Under the pieces are notes generated by a model. The model was not told the DNA's origin, searched no databases, and saw only the letters and a program-made list of their open reading frames with translations. A program made the position numbers and the translations under genes. DNA of 64,000 nucleotides from Candidatus Woesearchaeota archaeon (GTDB taxonomy: Archaea; Nanobdellota; Nanobdellia; Woesearchaeales; WJKL01): assembly GCA_014729675.1 (NCBI GenBank), contig WJJM01000039.1:1479-65478 (forward strand), written 5' to 3'. Positions 29,227-39,900 of the stretch are shown here, in pieces (position 1 is the stretch's first letter; the number at the start of each line of letters is the position of its first letter).

Positions 29227-30399
29227 ATGGGAAAAAACACTATCCAGACAGATATAGATAATCTTGTTTCTGTTGTCCAGGAGCAGGAAAGGATATCTGT
29301 GAAGGATGCTGCAAAAAGGCTTAATGTTCCTGAAGAGACAGTAAGTGAATGGGCAAGTTTTCTTGAAGAGGAAGGTATAATAAATATAGAATACAAGTTC
29401 ACAAAGCCTTTTCTTGTAAAGAAAAAGCTTACTCCTGAGCAGTTGGACAATCTTAAAAGTGAAGTCAAGGAAGAGAAAGGCATATTTGACAGGAAAAGTA
29501 AATCTACACTGAATTATCTGAATAAGCTTGAGACTGAGGTTGATTCTCTGAAGGATATGTTCAATGATCTTGGGAATCATTTTAACAAGAGGCTTTCAGG
29601 GGTAAAAGGGGAACTCAAGCAGTTAAAGAAGATGGAAGATGAGAAGGAGAATCTCAATAAAGACATCCTTGAATCTAAACAGGAATTTATGAAGAAGATA
29701 TCTGATATAAACAAGCAGCTGTATTCTCAGGAGAAGAACTATAAAGAAATGTATGATGTTCTTTGCAGCCAGGCAAAGGTCGGAAGCGAGATCCTTAGCA
29801 TACAGGAAGACGAGATGGATTTTATAAAACAGACAGACAAGATGATCAGCAAGAAGCTAAAAAGCATAAAGAAAAAGCTTGATAAGAAGAAAAAAGGCAA
29901 AAAGAGCAAAAGCAAGGAAAAGCTTACAAAGGAGTCTGAGTCAGAACTGAAGGCGCTTGAGAAAAAATATGAGGAGCTCAGGGATTTTCTTGATAAGGAA
30001 AAAAATATGATGGAGTCACTTATAGACGAGAACAAGAAACAGGAATCAGAGATGGACAAGCTTAACAAGGACATTCTTGGGAAGGTAAAGAAAAGCGGCA
30101 CATTAATAGATTCAAAACTTAAGGAAGTAGAAGAGATACCCAAGAAATTCAAGATATTTATGAAGAAGAAAGATAAGATACTCAAGATGCTGGACCATAT
30201 AAGCTATAATGAAGGGATACTGAAAAAGAAGCTTAATGATCTGGTGAAAAAAGGTTCTGCCCTGGATCTCACAGGGAATCCGGATGATGTCATGGAAGAG
30301 ATAAAGGATCTTGAGGAAGAACTTGATGATCTTTCAAAGAAAAAAGGCACATTTGAAAAAGAGATTAAAAAGATTTTTAAACTGTTGCATCTAAAGTAG
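29227..30399 (+). CDS. Coiled-coil protein (K/E-rich) with N-terminal helix-turn-helix-like segment, pilus-locus associated
   Basis: Long heptad-like K/E/L repeats across about 300 aa; sits immediately upstream of FlaI-like ATPase. Confidence 0.4.
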   Translation: MGKNTIQTDIDNLVSVVQEQERISVKDAAKRLNVPEETVSEWASFLEEEGIINIEYKFTKPFLVKKKLTPEQLDNLKSEVKEEKGIFDRKSKSTLNYLNKLETEVDSLKDMFNDLGNHFNKRLSGVKGELKQLKKMEDEKENLNKDILESKQEFMKKISDINKQLYSQEKNYKEMYDVLCSQAKVGSEILSIQEDEMDFIKQTDKMISKKLKSIKKKLDKKKKGKKSKSKEKLTKESESELKALEKKYEELRDFLDKEKNMMESLIDENKKQESEMDKLNKDILGKVKKSGTLIDSKLKEVEEIPKKFKIFMKKKDKILKMLDHISYNEGILKKKLNDLVKKGSALDLTGNPDDVMEEIKDLEEELDDLSKKKGTFEKEIKKIFKLLHLK

Positions 30400-30416
30400 G
30401 TTAAAAGGGGTGTAGT

Positions 30417-32063
30417 ATGGCAAAAAAGAGGAAAAAAAGAGCTTCAGCAAAATCAAGGTCCAGCCATAGGCATATTTCTAGAAAGAATCAAAAAGATCAA
30501 AAGATCCATAAGACAAAACACAGCATGAAAAGCAAGCATGTTTCAAAACAAGGATCCAAAAAAAAGGAAAGCGGCAAGACTGGATCAAATATAAAACTTC
30601 TAAATTCATATAATATCCGTTCAGGAGGCATACCTGTAACAGTTAAGATATATTCTCAAGAAGATGAGTTTGTACCTTTATATACTGTCCAGCTTTCTAC
30701 TCTGGGAAAGACTACAGCTATGATGCTGGAGAAGATAAGGGAGGAGCTTATCGACAGGGTAAATCTGGGGATTGTAGATATTTCTGACAAGAAAAATGCA
30801 GACATTGCTGAGAAGAAATTTTCTGAGGCTACACTTACACTGATAAAGAAATATTTTCCAAGCCTTGATGCTGAGACAGAAAGGTTTCTTACATCTTATC
30901 TTGTGAAGAAAAGTTTAGGGATGGGTGATCTTGAACTTCTTATGAGCGATGCAAATCTTGAAGAGATAGCTGTAAATTCTGCAAGCGAGCCAATATGGGT
31001 GTATCATAAGCAGTTCGGTTGGCTAAAGACAAATATTATACTTGATAATGAAGCCCAGGTGCAGCATTATGCTACTATGATAGGAAGAAGGGTAAACAGG
31101 CAGATAACAGTACTTGAGCCCCTGATGGACGCTACTCTTCTTACAGGGGACAGGGTGAATGCAACACTTAATCCTATATCTTCCACAGGAAATACCATAA
31201 CTATAAGAAAGTTCGCAGCCCAGCCCTGGACAATAACAGATTTTTTAAGGGTAAGGAGCATATCTCCAAGCGCAGCTGCTTTGATATGGGAATGTGTTCA
31301 TTATGAGATGTCAGGGCTGATAGCAGGAGGAACTGCTTCTGGAAAGACAAGTATGCTGAATGTGGTGAGTAATTTTTTCCCGCCTAACCAAAGGATAATA
31401 AGCATAGAGGATACAAGAGAGATAAAGCTGCCTAAGTTTCTGCATTGGGTGCCAATGGTTACAAGGCTGGCTAATAATGAAGGGAAGGGAGAAGTAACTA
31501 TGCTTGATCTTCTTGTGAATAGCCTTAGGATGAGGCCGGACAGGATAATAGTCGGGGAGATAAGAAGGAAAAAGGAAGCAGAGGTACTTTTTGAATCAAT
31601 ACATACAGGGCACAGTGTATATGCAACTGTTCATGCGAACAATACAGAAGAGACCATAACAAGGCTGACAGCTCCGCCTATAGAGGTGCCGAAAAGCATG
31701 CTTCCAGCAGTGTCTATGCTCATAGTCCAGTACAGGAACAGAAGGTCAGGACTTAGGAGGACGTTTGAGTTTTCTGAGATAAAGAAAGACGGAGATCCTA
31801 ATGTTTTGATGAGATATGATGTTTCAAAAGATGTACTACAGAGAAAGTCAAATTCAGTAGCTATAAGGGACAATCTTGAACTTTATACAGGGGCATCCCG
31901 CAGCAGCATAAAAAAGGAGCTGGCAGAAAAAGAATCTGTGCTTAAGTGGCTTGTAAAGCAAAAGATAAATTCTGTAGACAGTGTAGGAAGAGTGATGGCA
32001 GAGTACTATACAAATAAAGACCATCTTATGAAGATTGTAAGATCAAACAAGCCTTTGAGGTGA
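30417..32063 (+). CDS. Type IV pilus/archaellum assembly ATPase (FlaI / PilB / TadA / VirB11 family)
   Basis: GGTASGKTS Walker A; IISIEDTREIKLP and RPDRIIVGEIR (Asp/His boxes) typical of secretion ATPases; basic low-complexity N-terminus. Confidence 0.8.
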   Translation: MAKKRKKRASAKSRSSHRHISRKNQKDQKIHKTKHSMKSKHVSKQGSKKKESGKTGSNIKLLNSYNIRSGGIPVTVKIYSQEDEFVPLYTVQLSTLGKTTAMMLEKIREELIDRVNLGIVDISDKKNADIAEKKFSEATLTLIKKYFPSLDAETERFLTSYLVKKSLGMGDLELLMSDANLEEIAVNSASEPIWVYHKQFGWLKTNIILDNEAQVQHYATMIGRRVNRQITVLEPLMDATLLTGDRVNATLNPISSTGNTITIRKFAAQPWTITDFLRVRSISPSAAALIWECVHYEMSGLIAGGTASGKTSMLNVVSNFFPPNQRIISIEDTREIKLPKFLHWVPMVTRLANNEGKGEVTMLDLLVNSLRMRPDRIIVGEIRRKKEAEVLFESIHTGHSVYATVHANNTEETITRLTAPPIEVPKSMLPAVSMLIVQYRNRRSGLRRTFEFSEIKKDGDPNVLMRYDVSKDVLQRKSNSVAIRDNLELYTGASRSSIKKELAEKESVLKWLVKQKINSVDSVGRVMAEYYTNKDHLMKIVRSNKPLR

Positions 32064-32095
32064 TATGAATCTTTGACTCAACATCTGAGAGAATA

Positions 32096-32884
32096 GTGCA
32101 GTCCATCCCTTCTCTTAAATTCAAGCTTAAGCAGGCAGGGATGAAGGATAATCCTGTCAGTTTTGTAAAAAAGACGTTGTTTACATCTTTTTATATGACT
32201 ACAGGGCTTATACTCGTAGCTCTTGCTATGCTTTCAGAAAAAATAGTCCTGATGATAATACTTATCCTTCTTTTCCCTTTGATATTTGCATTGATGTTCT
32301 TTTATTTTGTGAAGCTTCCAGATATGAAGATAATAAAGAAGAGGAAGGCGATAGACAGAGAGGTTGTATATGCAGGAAGATTTTTGATAGTGGAACTAGA
32401 GTCAGGAGTGCTGCTGTATAAGGCTATGGCAAATGTCGCTGAAAGCTATGAGGAGATAGGCAAGGCTTTCCAGGATATAATAACAAGCGTAGATCTTGGA
32501 ACAAGCATAGAAGATGCTTTGAATCACACTGTAGAGTTTACACCTTCTCCAGATTTCAGGAGACTTCTTTGGCAGATAATAAATGCCCTGAAGACAGGTT
32601 CAAATGTTTCTGAGTCTCTTAAGTCTGTTGTAGAGCAGATAACAAAGGAGCAGACTATAGAGATCAAGACATATGCAAGAAAACTTAATCCATTTGCTAT
32701 GTTTTATATGATCATAGCTGTGATACTCCCTTCACTGGGAATAACCATGCTTATAGTATTGTCAAGTTTCTTGTCCATAAACCTAAGCCTTCCTATACTT
32801 ATAGCTGTTGCAGTCATGCTAGGGATACTTCAGCTGATATTTTATGTTGTTATAAAATCTTCAAGACCTGCGGTGAGCGTATGA
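32096..32884 (+). CDS. FlaJ/TadC-like polytopic membrane protein (T2SS-F domain), first half of split platform protein
   Basis: TM helices flanking a cytoplasmic helical domain; 4-nt overlap with next gene. Confidence 0.55.
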   Translation: MQSIPSLKFKLKQAGMKDNPVSFVKKTLFTSFYMTTGLILVALAMLSEKIVLMIILILLFPLIFALMFFYFVKLPDMKIIKKRKAIDREVVYAGRFLIVELESGVLLYKAMANVAESYEEIGKAFQDIITSVDLGTSIEDALNHTVEFTPSPDFRRLLWQIINALKTGSNVSESLKSVVEQITKEQTIEIKTYARKLNPFAMFYMIIAVILPSLGITMLIVLSSFLSINLSLPILIAVAVMLGILQLIFYVVIKSSRPAVSV

Positions 32885-33933
32885 AATTTTTCCAGAAGAT
32901 AAAGGAAAAAATTGAGAAAAAGAAGAAGAAAAAGCTTGAGAAAAAGTTAAAGAGGCAGACAAAGCATTATATGCTTGACCAATACCTGAAAAAGGCAGGT
33001 ATAAGCATACAATCCCATCTACTGTCCAGAGGACTTTTTAAGTTTATACTCTTTATAAATATCATATTATCTATCTATGTGCTTTTCCTTCTGGCTTCAA
33101 AAGGAGGATATCCTCTTGCATATATAATATTCATAATACTGCTGATATGGGTGTTTGCATTTTTCCTTTTTTTAGGAGTGGTGTGGCTTGGGTTCTATAT
33201 ATTTATCGACTGGAGGATATTCCAGAGAAAACTCAGTATAGAAGAGGTTCTTCCTGATTTTCTTTATCTTACTGCAACCAATATAAGGAGCGGGATGACT
33301 ATAGACAAGGCATTGTGGGTAGCTGTAAGGCCCAGGTTTGGAGTGCTGGCCAGAGAGATAGAGACAGTCTCAAAAGAAGTGATGAGCGGAAAAGAGCTTA
33401 CAGATTCCTTGCAGGCATTTGCAGACAAGTATGAGTCTGATATTTTGAAAAGAAGTATAAATCTTCTCATAGAAGGTATAAAAAGCGGTGGAGAGATAGG
33501 GGAATTGTTAAACAGGATAGCGACAAACATACAGGAAAGCAGAATAATGAGAAAAGAGATGGCTGCAAATGTCATGACCTATGTCATCTTTATAACTTTT
33601 GCAGCTATAGTTGCAGCTCCTGCATTGCTTGCTTTGGCAAGCCAGCTTATAATGATAATAGGGAACTTAACTTCAAGGTTAGATGTCCCTGCAACAGGAA
33701 GCATGATGTTTTCCCTGACTGAAGTTGCTGTTACTCCAGGAAACTTTAAGATATTCTCTTATATATCTTTGTCTATGACAGCTTTCTTTTCAGCTATAAT
33801 AGTGGCAACAATACAGAAAGGAAATGTTAAAGAAGGATTGAAGTATATTCCTATCTTTATAGCTGTGGCTATTAGTCTGTTTATAGCATTTTCTTATATA
33901 ATGGATAAAGTGCTTAGCGGAATATTTGTTTGA
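32881..33933 (+). CDS. FlaJ/TadC-like polytopic membrane protein (T2SS-F domain), second half
   Basis: Same architecture as preceding ORF; together about 610 aa, matching the size of a single FlaJ. Confidence 0.55.
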   Translation: MKFFQKIKEKIEKKKKKKLEKKLKRQTKHYMLDQYLKKAGISIQSHLLSRGLFKFILFINIILSIYVLFLLASKGGYPLAYIIFIILLIWVFAFFLFLGVVWLGFYIFIDWRIFQRKLSIEEVLPDFLYLTATNIRSGMTIDKALWVAVRPRFGVLAREIETVSKEVMSGKELTDSLQAFADKYESDILKRSINLLIEGIKSGGEIGELLNRIATNIQESRIMRKEMAANVMTYVIFITFAAIVAAPALLALASQLIMIIGNLTSRLDVPATGSMMFSLTEVAVTPGNFKIFSYISLSMTAFFSAIIVATIQKGNVKEGLKYIPIFIAVAISLFIAFSYIMDKVLSGIFV

Positions 33934-34007
33934 GGTTTATTTAGAAATATTTATATAAGGTTATATGTTTTTTATTCTAAAATAATTATAAATGAGGTGC
34001 ATAGATA

Positions 34008-35876
34008 ATGAAAAAACTAGTTTTAATGTTAAGTTTGATTTTAATGATGAGTTCTTTTGCTTTTGCAGCTGGAAATGATGTAGATACTGTGTTATTATTG
34101 CACATGGATGGTGATGAAAGTGCATCTGAACATGTTGCTACTGTTAATGGTGACCCAGTTCTTGATGCTGGAGAGTATAAGTTTGATGGAAGTATGTATT
34201 TTGATGGTTCTGATGATTATTTGGCTGTTGCTGACAGCACTGATTGGAATTTTGGCTCAAATGACTTCACTATAGATTTTTGGGTTAATTTTGACCAGCT
34301 TACAGTGCATGATGCTGGACTTCAAACACTAATATCTTCAGGAACAGATTATGGTAGCAATTACTGGGCTTTGATGTATGGTGATGGTACTTATCCTACA
34401 AATACTGGAATTGGTTTTATAGATAAAGGGCAGGGAATAGAAGATTGTTTCCAAGGGGATCAGGATGGATGGAATGCAGAAACATGGTATCATATAGCTT
34501 TAGTTAGTTCTGGTAATACCCTTACAATCTATCGTAATGGGGTTGCTGTTCATTCGTGTAGCATTGGCAGTCTTACTGATTACAATTCTCCTATAAGGAT
34601 TGGCTCAAACCCTGAAGCAAGAAGAGAGTTTGGAGGATACATCGATGAACTAAGGATATCAAACAATGCACGCTGGACATCAGACTTTTCTTCAAGCTTG
34701 CCAAGCTCACCTTACACAGCAGATGCTAACACTAAATTATTATTAAGTCTTGATGGAGATGTTGCTGAAGGTGCATCAAATGATCATGATGTGACTTTCC
34801 ATGGTAATATTAAAATGAATGCAACAGAAAAACCTTCATCTGATTTTGAGGGCAGTTATTATTTTGACGGCAGTGATTTTTTGACAATACCTGATGACCC
34901 AGAAATTGAACTTGGAAGTGATGATTTTACAATTGACTTCTGGTTCAAAAGATTTGGCGGACATGGAAGTTTGGATGTCATCTTAGCAAAACAGGATGAT
35001 GGCCATACAAATGACCATTCGTATGGTATTAATTTTGGCACAGGAAATGAATTAAGTGCACAAATCTCTGATTCCAGCAGTTACAATACAGTTACATCAA
35101 CAACTTTATTTGGTTCAGGTGATACTGACTGGCATCATGTTTCTTTTATCCGTGAAGGTAGTAGAATGCTGCTTTACATAGATGGAATTTTAGAAGATAA
35201 TTTAACTGCGTCTGTAACTTCACAAGACACAAGTTATCCTTTGACAATCGGTAGATATGGTCAGACTAATTACTATTATACAAACTCATTTATTAGTGAT
35301 TTGAGGATAGTCAAAGGCGAAGCAATTATTCCTCCGGCTGGAGGTCCTACTGGTCCTTATGATGATTCAACTCCATGTACAGATGTAGATGATGATGACT
35401 ACTGTGATGAAGCAGAAATTTCTGGATGTGATAATACTATTTGTCCAACAGGATGGGATGACTGTGATGACAATACAGGGGATGATCCAACAGGATGTGC
35501 AAGTGCAACATGTACATTCAATTCAGGGTTAAGATTGTACAATGGAACTGGCTGCGCTAAATGTAAGTATGTACTAAGAGACGGACTTTGGCTTGATGAT
35601 AACTTGGATTACACAAAGGATGTACCTGGTTCAACAGATGATGTTTGTACAAGCAATGCATATAATGTTGATATGACTGCTTATGGAGGACCTTCATCTG
35701 CAGTTTATTATATGGGTTCAGCAAGTCCTGATGAGCAATATGCAGATCCTGCAAATGAACCTTTTAATTCAGGCGGAGAAGGAAATGGAGTTCCTGAGTT
35801 CTCATCTATAGGGATGGTTCTTGCACTGCTTATAGCTGGATTAGGAATAGTGTTCGTTATAAAGAAAAGAAGATAA
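34008..35876 (+). CDS. Secreted LamG/concanavalin-like lectin-domain protein with PEF-CTERM anchor
   Basis: GAGGTG SD; signal peptide; two LamG-like modules (DFTIDFWVNF...WYHIALVSSGNTLTIYRNG); Cys-rich region; C-terminal GNGVPEFSSIGMVLALLIAGLGIVFVIKKRR. Confidence 0.65.
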   Translation: MKKLVLMLSLILMMSSFAFAAGNDVDTVLLLHMDGDESASEHVATVNGDPVLDAGEYKFDGSMYFDGSDDYLAVADSTDWNFGSNDFTIDFWVNFDQLTVHDAGLQTLISSGTDYGSNYWALMYGDGTYPTNTGIGFIDKGQGIEDCFQGDQDGWNAETWYHIALVSSGNTLTIYRNGVAVHSCSIGSLTDYNSPIRIGSNPEARREFGGYIDELRISNNARWTSDFSSSLPSSPYTADANTKLLLSLDGDVAEGASNDHDVTFHGNIKMNATEKPSSDFEGSYYFDGSDFLTIPDDPEIELGSDDFTIDFWFKRFGGHGSLDVILAKQDDGHTNDHSYGINFGTGNELSAQISDSSSYNTVTSTTLFGSGDTDWHHVSFIREGSRMLLYIDGILEDNLTASVTSQDTSYPLTIGRYGQTNYYYTNSFISDLRIVKGEAIIPPAGGPTGPYDDSTPCTDVDDDDYCDEAEISGCDNTICPTGWDDCDDNTGDDPTGCASATCTFNSGLRLYNGTGCAKCKYVLRDGLWLDDNLDYTKDVPGSTDDVCTSNAYNVDMTAYGGPSSAVYYMGSASPDEQYADPANEPFNSGGEGNGVPEFSSIGMVLALLIAGLGIVFVIKKRR

Positions 35877-36008
35877 TCTTCTTTTTTCTTTTTATTTTTT
35901 TAAATATCCATATGAAGAGAACAAGTTCTCAGATATAAATATCCTGGAAATCTAATTTCCATAATATTTATATATAGCTTATCATTTAATAGTCTAAGAG
36001 GTGTTAAT

Positions 36009-36491
36009 GTGATAAGATATCAGAAAGATAAATTTCCTGAGTATGTTCAAAATCTTAGATTTTGCAAGAAAGCACAAGCAGCGATGGAGTTCTTGATGAC
36101 TTACGGCTGGGCTTTACTTGTAGTGCTGGCAGCTATAGGAGCATTAGCATATTTTGGAGTGTTGAGTCCTGGGAAGTTTGTTCCTGATCAATGCGTTTTA
36201 GTTCCTGGATTAGCATGTTTAGATTCGAGTGTTACAAGCAGTGAGATAAATCTAGTTTTGGCAAACAGCCTTGGAAGAGATATACAGGTTAATGGATTGA
36301 GTGTTGGAGGATGCAATAAGACTCTTGATGTGCTGTTTGAAAATGGAGATAAAAGGACATTCAATATAACTGGCTGTGATAATGGAGAACCAGAAGAGAA
36401 GTTTTCAGGAGATATAATTATAGATTATACTAACAGAGATTCAGGGCTTTCAAAGACTATAACCGGAAAGTTGACATCTAAGGTACAATGA
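36009..36491 (+). CDS. Type IV pilin-like protein with class III signal peptide
   Basis: GAGGTG SD then GTG; ...CKKA then QAAMEFLMTYGWALLVVLAAIGALAYFG. Confidence 0.6.
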   Translation: MIRYQKDKFPEYVQNLRFCKKAQAAMEFLMTYGWALLVVLAAIGALAYFGVLSPGKFVPDQCVLVPGLACLDSSVTSSEINLVLANSLGRDIQVNGLSVGGCNKTLDVLFENGDKRTFNITGCDNGEPEEKFSGDIIIDYTNRDSGLSKTITGKLTSKVQ

Positions 36492-36760
36492 TATCGTCAA
36501 GAAACGATATGTTAGTATGGTATATAACCAGTTTGATAGTTCTTGTTGTAGCTGTAAGTGGATTGTATGGTTTTGGGATGTTTGGTTCAGAAGATTCTTT
36601 GTTTCAAGAAAACAGGGTAACTGCTGCTGCAGTAAAGGTTCCAAGCCAGAATAATCCTGTTGAAGATGATATTTGTGATGAAGAAAACATCACCAACACT
36701 ATAGAGAAACCAAGTCTTGAAGATGAGCAGGAAGAAGTTATGCAGTATGATGGAAGCTGA
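36488..36760 (+). CDS. Small N-terminally anchored acidic protein, hypothetical
   Basis: ORF with TM helix then D/E-rich tail; 4-nt overlap with pilin gene. Confidence 0.3.
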   Translation: MISSRNDMLVWYITSLIVLVVAVSGLYGFGMFGSEDSLFQENRVTAAAVKVPSQNNPVEDDICDEENITNTIEKPSLEDEQEEVMQYDGS

Positions 36761-36969
36761 ATTTTATTTTGATTGTTCAAATTAGATTTTATATCTTGCA
36801 GCCTGCTTTGGTCAGGAATTTTTATTATCTCCTTGCTATCAAAAATAATTCTAAAAATTAATCGAAACATTTATATATCAGTATAGTAATGTGTATACTA
36901 TTTTGGTAGTTATAAACTATCAAAAGAACAGCAAATCAATTTTATTTGCAAACAAAGAGGTGAAAACAA

Positions 36970-37407
36970 ATGTATAAGAAAGCACAGGCGGCAATGGAGT
37001 TCTTAATGACTTATGGTTGGGCCATATTAGTAGTATTAGCAGCTATAGGCGCTTTGGCATATTTCGGAGTTCTTAGTCCGGACAGGTTCTTGCCAGAGAA
37101 ATGTACATTGCCATCAGGAATTGCGTGCCTGGATTTCAGGTATAGCGGAACTGCAATAGAGATGTCTATACAGAATGGAGCAGGATTTGACATGACTAAT
37201 GTTAGTGTTGAGGTAAATGGAACTGGATGCCAAGCAACAGATTCAACAACACAAACTACACTGACAAATGGTCAGAAAGCAACTTATAGTGTTACATGCA
37301 GTCCAAGTTCTGGTAAGTTTAAAGGAGATGTAACCTTTGACTATACAAACCAGGCAACAGGAATGCCGCATACTAAAGTTGGTGAGATTATCCTGAAGAT
37401 ACCATAA
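36970..37407 (+). CDS. Type IV pilin-like protein with class III signal peptide (short leader MYKKA)
   Basis: AGAGGTG SD; MYKKA then QAAMEFLMTYGWAILVVLAAIGALAYFG; paralog of 36009 gene. Confidence 0.65.
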   Translation: MYKKAQAAMEFLMTYGWAILVVLAAIGALAYFGVLSPDRFLPEKCTLPSGIACLDFRYSGTAIEMSIQNGAGFDMTNVSVEVNGTGCQATDSTTQTTLTNGQKATYSVTCSPSSGKFKGDVTFDYTNQATGMPHTKVGEIILKIP

Positions 37408-37547
37408 ACATAAGTATTTTTTTTATTTTTTATTTTTTTAGAAATTCTTTGAACTCATCCAAATTATATTGTTGTTTTGCATCTACGTTTTCTGCCGTAG
37501 CCACAGATATGCAATGCAAGACATAAAGTCTTGCGGAACGATCATTA

Positions 37548-38267
37548 TCAGTATAGATATGGATCTATCTCTTCTAGAAATTCTTTGAACTCATCCAAAT
37601 TATATTGTTGTTTTGCATCACATAGTGCTTTTTCAGGAAAAGGGTGTGTTTCTATCATCAATCCATCTGCTCCTGCAGCTATAGCTGCTTTTGCTAATGG
37701 AAGTATAAGTTCTTTTTTCCCTGATGAATGAGATGGATCAAATATTATCTTAAAATCAGTTTTTTGTTTTATTATAGGGATAGCGTCAATATCTGCAGTG
37801 TTTCTTGTTTCTGTCTCAAAGGTTCTTATGCCTCTTGCGCACATTATTATATCATTGTTTCCTTGTTTTTGGATATATCCTGCAGATTTTATCCATTCAT
37901 CTATAGTTGCTGCCAGGCCTCTTTTCAATAGTATAGTTTTTCCTGTTTTTCCAGCCTCTATCAAAAGCGGGAAGTTTTGCATATTTCTTGCACCTATCTG
38001 TATTATGTCTATGTTTTTAAATAGATGGATATCTCTTGCATCCATAAGTTCTGTAACTATCTTCATATCTATTTCTTTTTTTGTTCTTTCAAGGATAGAA
38101 ATGCCTTTTTCTTTTAATCCCTGGAAAGAACCAGGATCAGTTCTTGGCTTAAAGGCCCCGCCTCTTAAGTAAGATATACCTAGTTTTTTAAGAGTTTCTG
38201 CTGCTTTTATCATCTGCTCTTCTGATTCAACTGCACATGGTCCTGCTATTATTAGATTGTATTTCAT
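37548..38267 (-). CDS. DAHP synthase / KDO8P synthase family aldolase (type I-beta, likely aroA-type 3-deoxy-7-phosphoheptulonate synthase)
   Basis: IIAGPCAVES...LRGGAFKPRT...KIIFDPSHS motifs of the class I-beta DAHP/KDO8P synthase family. Confidence 0.6.
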   Translation of the reverse strand: MKYNLIIAGPCAVESEEQMIKAAETLKKLGISYLRGGAFKPRTDPGSFQGLKEKGISILERTKKEIDMKIVTELMDARDIHLFKNIDIIQIGARNMQNFPLLIEAGKTGKTILLKRGLAATIDEWIKSAGYIQKQGNNDIIMCARGIRTFETETRNTADIDAIPIIKQKTDFKIIFDPSHSSGKKELILPLAKAAIAAGADGLMIETHPFPEKALCDAKQQYNLDEFKEFLEEIDPYLY

Positions 38268-38286
38268 CTTATCTTTAGTTTTTTGG

Positions 38287-39018
38287 TTATTGCCACTGTT
38301 TTAAGGCATCTTCTTCTACAAAATGCAGATTTCCAGGTATTATTAAACATTGCGGTGTATGCTTTAGTTCTATGTCTTTTATTTGTTCTGCTGTCCTTGC
38401 TATTATCTCTTTTTTTTCTGAGCCTAATGCTGAACATGCAATACATAATTGATCTTCTTTTAATCCTAATTTTAGAAGTCTTTGTATAGCTTCTTTAATT
38501 GTCAGGAATCTGTTGTTTATAGGATTCAGGTCTAATAAAAACAATGTATGCAGGCCTATGCTCTGATTTTTCTTAAAAAAATCATAGAAGCTGTTAGCTT
38601 TTTCATCAAAAGGGATAGAAACAGTCCTTCCGAACTTGTAGAGCTCTAATCCCATGATTCCTATAGCATTTAATATGGATGTGTTGTTTATTACTTTAGT
38701 TTCTATCTTTAGTTCTTTTGCTCTTAGCATAAGATCTGTATGTGTTGTCGCTCCAAATGGGTCTCCTATCACAAGGAAAGCTGTATCTTGTGTTTTTGCA
38801 TCTTTAAGTATGGTCGATTCTGCCTGTTTTTCAACCATGTCCCTGTCTGCCAATATTATATCTTTACCGTAAAGTTTTTCCAGAGATTCTTTAGAACATT
38901 GAAGTTTTGAAGTGTAGGATTCTAGATAGATCTTATTGCAGGATTTGATCGCTTCTAATCCTTTTAATGTAATGTCTTTTTCATTGTTTAATCCTAGTCC
39001 TATGAAATATAATGTCAT
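38287..39018 (-). CDS. dphB: Diphthine synthase (tetrapyrrole-methylase fold)
   Basis: MTLYFIGLGL...DITLKGLEAIKSCNKIYLE N-terminus and overall 243-aa size typical of Dph5/DphB. Confidence 0.8.
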   Translation of the reverse strand: MTLYFIGLGLNNEKDITLKGLEAIKSCNKIYLESYTSKLQCSKESLEKLYGKDIILADRDMVEKQAESTILKDAKTQDTAFLVIGDPFGATTHTDLMLRAKELKIETKVINNTSILNAIGIMGLELYKFGRTVSIPFDEKANSFYDFFKKNQSIGLHTLFLLDLNPINNRFLTIKEAIQRLLKLGLKEDQLCIACSALGSEKKEIIARTAEQIKDIELKHTPQCLIIPGNLHFVEEDALKQWQ

Positions 39019-39828
39019 GGGTTAAGTTAGGAGATGGAGTTTTTAAAGGTTGCTGATTGACTTATATAATACAGATTTAGTATACATTTTAGCGACCAAT
39101 TTTTTTGTAGTGTTCAAAAAGTTATGTTTTAAACGAATAATGCTTAAAAAGCCTCCTTACATTTATAGGAGAATGGAAGAACATAAGGTTTTTATTTCAA
39201 ATAAGCTTCAAAAAAGGCTATCTGATTAGGATTATGTCAATAAGATTGCAAAAAAGCTGAAAAAGAACCTTATCAAGGAGATTCAGTTTATAAGAGATTT
39301 TTGAGGGAAAATAGATTTGAAGGGAGAAGAATTTACTGGCATATATATATAAGAATTTTTGATGGTTTTGATTGTGGGAGAGTCTGGAAAAAAGATTAAC
39401 AGGCCACAATAGATGAAATTAAAAAATTACTGCATGTATTTATGGAAGAAGCAGAAAAAATACATAAGAATTTTTAAGCAATTCTTTTAATATTTCCAGC
39501 CTTTAAATCAGCTAGAGAATCTGCTATCTGTTTCAATAAATCATCGTCTATTTTTTCTTTTGCTTTCAGCTCTTTATACTCTTTTTCAGAAATACAGATT
39601 TGTTTTTTTTCATTATAAAGCAACCTCAATAAATTATAAATTTTTATACCTTATAAAGATTTCTATTTTGTAGTTTAATTCTACTAAAATTTCTCAACAA
39701 TTCCCCTCTTTTTTGAATAATTAAAATTAGAATTATCATCAAAAAGTTTATTTAACATGTATAATGCAGAATAGAAATATTTATATATGAGTTTTAATAT
39801 TTAAAATAATATTGATTAAAGTCGGTTT

Positions 39829-39900
39829 TTTGGCGGAAACCGAGTTTATATGGCGTGTGTGTTTAAAATTTGGCGATTTCAAACACAAAATGTTTGGCGT
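39829..39900. promoter_or_regulatory. Four TGGCG boxes at about 20-bp spacing in the 1-kb AT-rich region upstream of ftsZ
   Basis: tTGGCGgaaac / aTGGCGtgtgt / tTGGCGatttc / tTGGCGtttt at 39831, 39851, 39871, 39895. Confidence 0.3.
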
